This document shows positions 40,601 to 50,629 of a DNA stretch of 64,000 bases, in pieces. Source of the DNA: Callorhinchus milii (taxonomy: Eukaryota). Below the pieces are notes generated by a model. It did not search any database and was not told the origin of the DNA. It was given only the letters and a program-made list of their open reading frames with translations. The stretch covers positions 84,260,001 through 84,324,000 of the forward strand of contig NW_024704742.1 of NCBI RefSeq assembly GCF_018977255.1. The letters run 5' to 3'. How positions within the stretch are numbered: the first letter of the stretch is position 1; each line of letters begins with the position of its first letter. The position numbers were made by a program, and so were the translations under genes.

Positions 40601-41839
40601 ATAATGATCCTAACATTTGACACAGAACCATTCACATTGGGAGAACATTCCAAAGCACTTCACACGATAAAAATAACAATAATAATAAAAAAATCCTTGC
40701 ATTTGATTTAGCGCCTTATATCACATAGTCGAGCCATCTCAAAGTGCTCCACAGGATATACTGTGAAGTGTAGTAACTGTGTGTTACATGGACGAACATG
40801 GCTGCTAATTTGTGTGCAATTTGCACAAGAAGTTGAATTCATGAAAATGCACACCCTGCCTGAAAGAAACATTGGAGTTGGAGGAGATCATTAGATTTTA
40901 GTCCCTGGGAGCACAGCACTACCACCTCACTGTTTACAGTGACGTAATGTTATACAACAGGCTTATAACATTGCAACCTTTACCTGTGTTTGGGGGTTTA
41001 CCCGTTACATTCCCAATTTCTTATTTTTGCCCGCAAAGCAATAAAATCTACTTGTTTACCAAAAAAGGAAATCCAACCATATTCTGGGCAAACCAGTGAT
41101 GTACCAGCCTTCAGATGAATCATTAAACCAAGGTCCCCCCTGCTTGTTGGGCTGGACATTCAAAATCCCTTTGCATAATTCGAAAAGAAAATTTCTCCTA
41201 TTGTCGTGGCCAACAATCCCACAGATAAAAATTGACTTCACGGCTATTTGCAGGTCATTTGCAATTACCCTAGCCTGCATGAGGGGGGCTGTATAAATGC
41301 ATGTTGTTGTCATTGTATATGAATATACGGTCAATTCACTTTACAGTCTATTCTGTGAAGCGCTTTGAGACGTCGATAAGACGTAAAAAGCGCTATATCA
41401 AATGCAAAGATTATTATTATTGTTGTTGTGTGCTAATTGGCTGCTCTGAGAAGATTTGTGGTTGTAGCCCCAGGCATCAAATTATCATTATTTACACCAC
41501 TGAACGTGAATCCTGCAGAAGCAGCTTTTTCCTTGATGAAGGTGTGAATGGCATAGTGACTCACTCCAGCTGAGAAAGCAAGCATGAAGTGTGATCCTTT
41601 TAGCTGTGACCTAGTTTAGTTTTGGTTTAACAAAATTGGGGAATCAATACTGCAGCAAAATACAAGCTGCTTTACTGGTGTGGAGAGAACACTGACAACC
41701 CATTGCTACAGCAGGCAGAAGACACCAAGTTCTCTATTCCAGGGGGTTTAAAGACGATCTTTGTTGTGTGCATTTGTAATGCATTTCACGTGATTCAATC
41801 ATATCTGTAAAGTTTGATACCTGATAAATGCCAGTAAAT

Positions 41840-41999
41840 CTCTAGGGCGAGGAGGCGGAATGATGCATGTGATTTCCTGGTTTGGAGGGAAATACCACAA
41901 GCTCTCCCCCAGCATTTAAATGAAGCAAGGATTGAGCAAATAAACACACTGTACAGTTTACACACAACCTACCAAGATCGCTAGAGCCAGGCTCCCGAG
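41840..41999 (+). promoter_or_regulatory. Candidate CD274-like promoter and non-coding exon 1
   Basis: Non-repetitive segment with GC-box-like GGGCGAGGAGGCGG, kappaB-like GGGAAATACC (41887-41896), CATTTAAA (about 41913), and a strong donor GAG|GTAAGC at 41999/42000. The ATG exon at 43984 starts with an acceptor, so an upstream UTR exon is expected, as in mammalian CD274. Confidence 0.5.
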
Positions 42000-42718
42000 G
42001 TAAGCAAACTGGCTATTAATACATGCCGCTAGATTCACCTTCATCCCAGATAGACTGACAGATTGACAGTAAGTAGACCTGTCTGTGAGCTGTGTCTGTT
42101 GGGGTAAATGATCCTGAGTAGAAAGACTGTGATTGCTGATGCATTTGGGAAAATCAGGGAGGTGGTCAACAACTACAACAAATTACATTTGTATTGCGCC
42201 TTTCACATTGGGAGGATGTCCCAAGGCGCTGGACAGTCAGGGATTTAGACGCGAGCTGGGGTTGGGATTAGGAGGGGTGGAGGGCAAGGAGGGTTGGGAT
42301 AGGAGGGTGACCGAAGGCGCAGTCGAAGAGGAGGGTCTTGAGACAGGCTTTCAAGCGCTCTGGGATGCTACTCTTCATGAGGGGCACTATATAATTGCAA
42401 GTTGTTGTTGAGGGAAGCAAGGGAGGAGGCGAGGCAAGGGGACCGTGGAATGGAGTTCCAAAGGGTGGGGGTGGTGGACATGGAGATGGCTAGAGCCCCC
42501 TTAGCGGAGGGAGCAGATTGGTCTATATAGAATTAGCAGGTCACAGAGGTAGGGCAAAGCAAGGCCATGGAGGGCTTTGAAGGCATTGGGGTGGGGAGGG
42601 GGCAGGGGGGTGGGTATGTTCTAGACTGTTAGTAGTATGCTTCCAGGTGATTGTGTGACAGCTTTAAGCGCTCTGGGACACTGACCTGGGTGACAGGTGC
42701 TATATTAAATATGCAAGT

Positions 42719-43046
42719 TAATAATAATAATAATAATAATCCTTGCATTTGATATAGCGCTTTTCACGTCGGGAGGACGTCCCAAAGCGCTTCACAGAAC
42801 ACATTGTAAAGTGAATTGACTGTATATTTGTGGGCGAACGCGGCAGCCAATTGTGCACAGCAATGTCCCACAAACAGTCGTAGATTGAAAATGACCAATT
42901 TATTATTGTTTTTGGTTTTGGAGGGATTATTATTAGGCTCTGTGTGGAGTAAGGAAACTTGCCCAAGGTTTCGCCCTGTGCCTGGAATTGAACTCAGGTC
43001 TCTCACTTGCAAAGCAAGTGCTCTAACCACTGAGCTACAGGACTCC
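42719..43046 (-). mobile_element. Full-length young SINE in the predicted CD274 intron 1
   Basis: Reverse complement of the 4958-5273 family, with (TAA)n at 42719-42740. Confidence 0.9.
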
Positions 43047-43997
43047 ACGAGTTGTTGTTTCTCAGAAAGTTGTGGGTTCAAGCCTCCAGATATATTGATC
43101 ATTCACATTATGACTGTTTGTGGTACTTTGCTATGCACAAATTGGCTGTCAGATTTGCCTACAGTCACTACACTTATCACTTATCTGTGAAGCTCTTTAA
43201 GCTTTTTCAATCTTATAAGCATTGAGTCAAACATGAGGCATATAATGTGTTAGTATGTGGCTTGACAAATTTAAATCGTGTCTCAGTGCTGAGCTCAGAG
43301 CTTGATTGTTCATAGCAGCTGAAAGACCCACAAGTGGCTGTAACTCATTTGAGGCAGAAAATTCCTTGAGATAAATATTTAGTTTCTTGTCATTTGTCAT
43401 CTACAATTTTAAGTCATATTCTAGTTGAAAATAATGGAGTAGTTTTGCTTTTGTCCTATGGCATATGAGAACCAACAAACTAGGCTAGAAAATGGCACCA
43501 ATCAGACAACTGTAAGGGTTTTTTCTGTCAAATCGTGTTCTGTTCTAACAGGCAATAGTGTGCGACACAATCAAAAGATACATGATAGATCAAGTAGCTG
43601 AATAAAATTACAGTGCTTTTGATCATCTTTCCCCTGCCTATCCCCCTCGGCTCCTACCCCAAGCTTGGGTGGCAAGCCAGTATGGTTAAGACCTTTGAAA
43701 GATCCTTATGACATGAAAGATGCTATTTAAATTTGTATTGTATAAAATAGAATAAGATGGAACTCTACTGTGCCAGATTTTTTCTTCCATGTGCCCTCTA
43801 ATCATCTGTGCATTTGCTGTTGGACTGTAATGCTACTTTAAGAACCTGCGTGATTCTCTCTGTGAAAGTCAACCAAAGTCAGGATTTTGATAGTGACTAA
43901 CCCCTTCTCAGCACACTGTCAACTTATGAATTACTGTCTGAAATACTCACATAATTATAAACATGTACACGTTTGTCTTTCAGAAAACGCAGGCACA

Positions 43998-44052
43998 ATG
44001 AAGATTTCAGTGCTGCTTTGCATACTGGGAGCTCACTTGCCCTTACTGACAG
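43998..44052 (+). CDS. CD274: PD-L1-like signal peptide exon (MKISVLLCILGAHLPLLT)
   Basis: Acceptor gtttgtctttcag at 43971-43983, 14 nt of UTR, ATG, 18 hydrophobic codons plus G, then donor gtatga. Phase 1 joins the IgV exon as A-L-F-V-V-T. Confidence 0.88.
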
Positions 44053-44747
44053 GTATGATGTTAAGACGTTGTTGTCACAGAGATTGTTAACCCCCACCCC
44101 TCTAAGTCCTACATGATGAGCTCCTGACTTCAGTTGGTGGGTGGGACATCCAGAGAGGTATTGAGATGAAATGACAATCATCTTTTCTGACTTCCAAAAA
44201 CCTTTCAATAGTTGGGCATTAATAGATCTTGGCTTGATGATCAACAAAATACGTCACAGCCATAAGGTTCTGGACATAAAAGTTTACCCTGTCTATTGGA
44301 ACACAAACACGTGGAAAATTACAGCCAGCAGTTTCTTCATGTATTAGAAATCATTGTTTGAGGAGTCAGCCACCCAGCTGACCCAAATAAATTACAGGCT
44401 GTATTCGTTTCAAGATGGGAACATATACATCCAATGTTCGGTATATGCTTTTGTGAAACAATGCTGTGCGCAATTGGCTGCCGCATTTTGCCCACAAATA
44501 TACAGTCACTACACTTTATGATATATTTTGTGAAGCACTTTGAGACATCACAACAATGTGATCAGTCGCTGTATCAAGTACAAGGATTATTATTATTATT
44601 ATAGGGTAGTCGGGATCGCTGGCTTGTGCATGTGCACCAGAGGCCTTTATCTTTCAATCACTAACTCAAGTGTCTAACTTCAATTCTTTTCTTAAATTGA
44701 GCCGCCTTGTACCTGAGCAGCTGTGTAACTCTACTCTCTTGTTTCAG

Positions 44748-45107
44748 CTCTTTTTGTGGTCACCTCTCCCAGACAATTCTACACTGCATCCTACGGCAAT
44801 AACATCACTGTGGAATGTAGGTTTCCAGTAGGCTCCAACTTCAATGCGAATCAGCTAAACGTGTACTGGTACCACATTCTGGGTGATGGATCCTTGCAGG
44901 AGATTTACAGAATGCGTGAAGGAAAGGAAATGCTTCAGGACCAGCCATCTGAATACAAAGAACGAGTCTTCCTCATGTGGGATGAGCTGTACAGTGGCCG
45001 TGCATTGCTGGAAATTTCACAAGTCAGAGTCTCCGATGCAGGAACCTACCGCTGTGCCATTGACCTTAATGGAGTGGATTATAAAGATACTGCACTGAAA
45101 GTCACAG
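44748..45107 (+). CDS. CD274: PD-L1-like IgV exon
   Basis: ALFVVTSPRQFYTASYGNNITVECRFPV...LNVYW...DAGTYRCAIDLNGVDYKDTALKVT aligns with human PD-L1 [26 protein letters not shown]...LIVYW...[23 protein letters not shown]. 360 bp, phase 1-1, canonical splice sites. Confidence 0.93.
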
Positions 45108-45600
45108 GTAGGCAATCTTTCCTCGTCTCTGTTTTGGGGAGATTTTGAATCAGATTGAGGGTTGACAAAGTTGGAGACGCAAATATTTTCCTTTTGACAT
45201 CCAGGATAGCTGAGATATAGATTGCATAGTTCATGTCAACAGGAGTTAGAGATACATCATTGGAGAGGAGATTATTTAATAATAATATTTGTATTTGATA
45301 TAGCGCCTTATCACGTTATTCTTGCATCTCAAAGTATTTCACAGATTATACAGTAAAGTCAATTGACTGTATATTTTGTGGACGAAACGTGAAAGGTCGT
45401 GTACCGAATGTGAGCATTATTTTATGGGGAGACCCCTAACAGAGGAAATGATTGCACCGTTTTAATAAGAAGTGTTTTAGGTTTTATAAATGTAAAGCCT
45501 ACTGCAAAAGGTAAATGACAAGTGCAATATTTTGAAATGCCTTAAAAATGATAGGATGGATTAAATCACTTTGTCAAACTTTCTGATGTGTGTTTTACAG

Positions 45601-45879
45601 CCTCTTATGAAAACATAAAGACCTCTGTCACAAAAGAAAAGGAAGAGACCGAGTTCATTTGTCAATCCATGGGATACCCTCTAGCTACAGTGGCCTGGCT
45701 CGATGGGAATGGTTGTGGCCTGAATGAGACAGCGAATACCACCTATTTTACTGACAACCAGGGTCTGTATAACATCAAAAGTGTTCTGAGAGTTAAAGCT
45801 AATATCAACAGGACGTATGTGTGTACATTTTGGAATAAAGAACTGAACAGGACTACGTCAACCGATTTACGCATTACAG
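45601..45879 (+). CDS. CD274: PD-L1-like IgC exon
   Basis: ASYENIKT...EFICQSMGYPLATVAW...GLYNIKSVLRV...YVCTFWNKE is a B7/PD-L-type C domain. ttttacag acceptor, G|gtaacg donor, 279 bp. Confidence 0.93.
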
Positions 45880-46074
45880 GTAACGTTTTTTTAATGAATG
45901 ATTTTGTTCAGTTAAAACAGTCAATTTGTTTTACAAAAAGAAACAAGTCATCTTATTTTAAATAAAGCGATTTTAAAATACTCTTTTATATGTTCTGCAC
46001 CTTCAATGGTGCCATTGTTGATTCCCATGGAAAATCAAAGTTTCTCTGTAGCATTTTTAACCTGTAAACTCGTC

Positions 46075-46527
46075 AGAATGATACCAGTGCTTGAAGGGCT
46101 AAATTATGAGTACAGGTTGCATAAACCTTGCTTGAGTTCAGAAGGTTGAGGGGTGATCTAATTGAAGTGTTTAAAATGATAAAGGGATTCAATAGAGTGG
46201 AGACAGAGAAACTATTTTCTCTGATGGGGAATCCAGAACAGGGGGGCATAATCTTAAAATTAGAGCTAGGCCATTTAGAGGTGAAATCAGGAAGCACTTT
46301 TTCACACAAAGGTTAGTGGAAATCTGGAATCCTCTCCCCAAAAGGCTGTGCATGCTGGATCCATTCAAATTTTTAAGACCGAGGTTGGTAGATTTTTATT
46401 AGCTAAGGGTATTAAAGGATATGGAGCAAAGATGGGTAAATGGAGTTGAGGTACAGATCAGCCATGATCCAGTAGAATGGCGGGAACAGGCTCGAGTGGC
46501 TGAATGGTCTACTACTGTTCCTATGTT
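46075..46527 (+). mobile_element. CR1 LINE 3' end in the intron between the CD274 IgC and TM exons
   Basis: LEFRRLRGDLIEVFKMIKG; 3' UTR ...GGCTGAATGGTCTACTACTGTTCCTATGTT; ends about 60 bp before the TM exon acceptor. Confidence 0.9.
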
Positions 46528-46585
46528 ACTACGATGTTTATAAACACTGACCCATTTTCAATTAACTTTTTTTTTAAATATCTAG

Positions 46586-46741
46586 ATATCAAAGGGACAC
46601 ATGAAGAGGCTGACATTTTTCCTTCAGCTGTAGGAATTTACATCATTATAGCAGTGGTAACTGCTCCAATAGTAATTCTCATTGTGATCATTCTGTTCCT
46701 CTTCTGGACCGTAAAAATGAGGCGACGGCAGCACAAAACAT
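46586..46741 (+). CDS. CD274: PD-L1-like stalk, transmembrane and juxtamembrane exon
   Basis: DIKGTHEEADIFPSAVGIYIIIAVVTAPIVILIVIILFLFWTVKMRRRQHKT: hydrophobic span followed by a basic stop-transfer cluster. Poly-T tract plus tag acceptor, T|gtaaga donor, 156 bp, phase 1-1. Confidence 0.88.
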
Positions 46742-47126
46742 GTAAGACATCATTTCCTTGTTTTATCACTGAATTTGGTTCATAGCTGCTGGTGTGTATG
46801 ATGCTGGCAGAATTACCTTATGGCATCTGAAGGCATAGTCTATGGGTTGAAGCTCCTTCCTGAGAAAGCGTTATATACCAGCTACAGGGTATACATTACA
46901 ACAATACAAAACAAATCGACATGAAGCTTGATTTTCGGTTTCAAAACAAGTTGTTAGCTTTACATACATACACCTGTGTTTCAGGATATGTAAAAAACAT
47001 GTTGTCATTGTGTTTTGATTAAAAATAAATCTGTATCAGATCCTTGCTGCGTGGCTAGCAATCGGGTCATAGGATTAAAACTAAGATGCAGCGAGTGCTT
47101 ATACTCTGTTCTCTTTGTGTGACTAG

Positions 47127-47161
47127 ACAAAAAGACAAACATGGATCATTCATTGATGTGA
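47127..47161 (+). CDS. CD274: Probable terminal coding exon of the PD-L1-like gene (YKKTNMDHSLM*)
   Basis: Pyrimidine-rich ctctgttctctttgtgtgactag acceptor; a phase-1 join from the TM exon gives 11 residues and then TGA. Not confirmed by homology, and another frame here reads ...DVKTSHLE*. Confidence 0.5.
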
Positions 47162-48995
47162 AGACCTCGCACTTGGAATAAGGAGGAAGGCTTTGTAATT
47201 TCAAACTCCTGATGCTACAGCAAAGCCAGCACTGTAGCCACTGAACACTCTGTGGTATTGCTCAGTGCCACACCAGTCTGATGGAAGCTAGAAAAGATTA
47301 ATACAATAGCCAGCATTGGTTCAACATTGTCAAAACTGTGATACTCGAACAAATTCCTGCTTCTTAGAGGATGTCCCAAAGCGCTTCACAGGATGTACTG
47401 TATAGTGCAATAACTGTGTGTTAAGGAATGAGGTTAAAACATTCTTTGAAATACTCCATCCCCGCCACTCAAATCTGGCTTTAAAAAGTCCTTGTGTTAT
47501 CCATGTGACCAGGTAACAAGCAGATTCACTGTTAGTGACAATCATTTTCAAGTGCATCAAATGGCCTTTGAACTTAATCAGCAGGTACTGGATGAACTCA
47601 CTCTGAGGTAAGGCAGAATCCTCTGTATTATCCCCAGAGGGGCAAAGAGCAAGAGAAGCCTTGCCTAAATATTTCAGGCTCAATTTATGTTGAATTGAAG
47701 AAGTTCAGGCTTATCTGGGACTTGATGTTCAGTTTTGTCCATAAAATATACAGCTAATTCACTTTACAGTATATTATGTGAAGCACTTTGAGATCTCAAC
47801 GACACAATAAGGCGCGATATCAAATGCAAGAATTATTATTGATAGGAAGTTCATTAGAACAGCAATAGCATCATGAAAGGTTGAATAGAGAAGTACAGCT
47901 TGGGTGCTGTTGGTTTTCATGTGGGAACTGAGCCCTAGCTTGAAAATCATGTCACCAAGAGAAAACCATAGGAGAGGACCAGAGACAGAGCCCTAATTGC
48001 ATGGCAAGGGTTGGCAAGGGATGAGAAGCTAATGTGAGAAATATGGTTGTTGGGACAAGTAAGAGAGAAACTACAAACATTCAGTGCCACGGAGGTGAGC
48101 CAAAGAGATGATATGGAATAGTTGACATGTAAAGGCTGTGGAGGGATGGAGGAGATTGAGGAAGAACAGCAAATCTCAGTCACAGATGGATTAGATGACA
48201 AACTGTGACTGGCTGAAGATGACCAGGAGTAATTATTATAATTATAAATCATAGAATCTTATAGCACAGGAGGAAGCCATTCGTCCCATTGTGTCTGTGC
48301 CGGCTCTTTCAAAGAACTACCAACTAATCTTACTTCCCCACTCTTACCCCATAGCCCTGCAAATTATTTATTTTCAAGTGTACGTCCAATTTCCTTTTGA
48401 CAGTTACTGTTGAATCTGCTTCAACCAGCCTTTCAGGCATTGCATTCCAGACCGTAACAACTTTCTGGTTAAAAATAATATGTTCAGCGTGAGAACCTGA
48501 ACTTTAACTTCTTAGTAGAAAATTCGTTTGAAGCAAATATGCTGTGTATATAAAAAAATCAAGAGCTTGCATTTATGTAGCACATAAAATGATATCTTGG
48601 AAACATTTGAAATGAAACAAAAAGTTCAGCGATGAGTCGGCTCAGAAACTTTTAGGGATTTCCTGTAAGGGGATTTTTGCAAAGTATTGCTATTCTTTTG
48701 CAAAATGCTGCAGTATTTTGAGTCAATACAGCTTTGACCTATATAAGCCTCTGAGTTGTTGAATTCCCTTCTTAAATTATTTGTCTGGAGCACATAGGGA
48801 GGGAAGGGGAAAGAGAATGGTTCAGAACAGGTCCCAGAGCCTTGGGACATCCTCCCAATGTGAAAGGTGCTATACAAATGTAATTCTTTTGTTGTTGTAT
48901 GATGTGACAGTGCATAGAAGATGGGAACTCATTATACCAAACCATTGTATGTTTGCTGTCTTTGGCATGAAAATATACCTACTGTGTGTGTATGT

Positions 48996-49384
48996 GGAGT
49001 CCTGTAGCTCAGTGGTTAGAGCACTCGCCTTGCAAGCGAGACACCTGGGTTCAATTCCAGGCAGATTGAAACCTTGGGCAAGTTTCCTTACCCCACACAC
49101 CTGATAATAGTCCCTCCAAAACAATAATAAATTGGTCATTTTCAATCCCCAACTGTTTGTGGGACACTGCTGTGCACAATTGGCTGCCGCGTTTCGCCCA
49201 CAAATATACAGTCAATTCACTTTACAGTGTGTTCTGTGAAGCGCTTTGGGACGTCCTCCCGACGTGAAAAGCGCTATATCAAATGCAAGGATTATTATTA
49301 TTATTATTATTCTGTGAAGCGCTTTGAGATGTCGAGAAGATGTGAAAAGTGCGATATCAAATGCAAGGATTATTATTATTATTA
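48996..49384 (+). mobile_element. Young SINE followed by a second tandem SINE 3' tail
   Basis: Full element to about 49310, then TCTGTGAAGCGCTTTGAGATGTCGAGAAGATGTGAAAAGTGCGATATCAAATGCAAGGA(TTA)n. Confidence 0.85.
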
Positions 49385-50629
49385 TGTGTGTGCGCGTATG
49401 TTTGTGTGTGTATATATATATAAAACAATTTGCTCTTTTTAAAATCAAATTAGTATCCAATGATGATTGTGTTTTTGAATTTGACATTTTCTCCTCACAG
49501 TTTATCAATCTAAATTATTCCTTTCCTCTTCTAAGTAGTTCACTCCCCAATTGAGAAGCTATCAGGAAACAATCTCCCTCTTGACGTAAAGCAATATCAT
49601 TTGGGGGTAATGCTAGGAAAAATACTGATCTCAGTGATATCTTTACAGGAAAATCACTTTATCAGCCCACACCACAGGCTTGTAACTTTACCAGACTGAG
49701 GTGTTGCACTTTCCAGTTCTTCATCTGCCCTTCAGGGGAACAAGGGGATTTTGCTGCTCAGACGTGGTCTAATTCTTTGAGAAAGGGACTTTCCAATAGA
49801 CACAACAACTGTGCATTCTGTCTTTGCACTTTTGTCATGGTGCTCGTTTCTGACAGGCATTCTGCAGCATTCTTACGTGATGTTACTAGTGCAACTGCAA
49901 TCCGCAGGGAGAGAGGTTCAGTTTACCTCTCAAAACAGAAGCTCACAGGCTTATTTGTTTAGGTTATGCTAAGTCACGTCATCACTCAGCTGTGCCACAG
50001 TGAATGCTTAGATAGAACAATAATAATGTGAAAGAAACCAACCACTGTGAACTTATTATATGAATTTCCATTTTGTGAAAAAACAAATCTATTACCTGGT
50101 TTAAATATGCCCAACTGATGTGTGCAAATAGGCTTTTACATGTTGTGGATGTTTACTTTTTATTCATAATTGGCTGGAACGGTTTGATAAATAAAAAATA
50201 TATTTAAAAAAAGTGTTTTTTCCCCCACAAGAAATTTACGAATCCCAAACAAGCAAACTAGGAAATCAAATGTGCTTGTCTGTATTTACACTGTTACAGC
50301 AATTTGTACCTAAATAGAGCCTTTATATCTTTACTGAAGGGAACTGAAGATTTTCACATACAAAGTCAATCCAGCAGTTATGTCCAGTGCTAAAGGGTCA
50401 CATATTGATTGAAATTAAGTAGCTCAGTCTACATAATGAAGCTTAGAGCAGGCATCAACATCAACAACACATTACATGTGTATAGCGCCTTTCACGTCAG
50501 GAGGACGTCCCAAGACACTGGATAATCAGGGATCCGCACCAGGGGCTTGCTGGTATGAATCTCAGCCTGCACCGATTTTGCTTGTCCCACTGGGGCTATG
50601 TTGGAATGTTAAAATTGGCCTTTGTCTTA

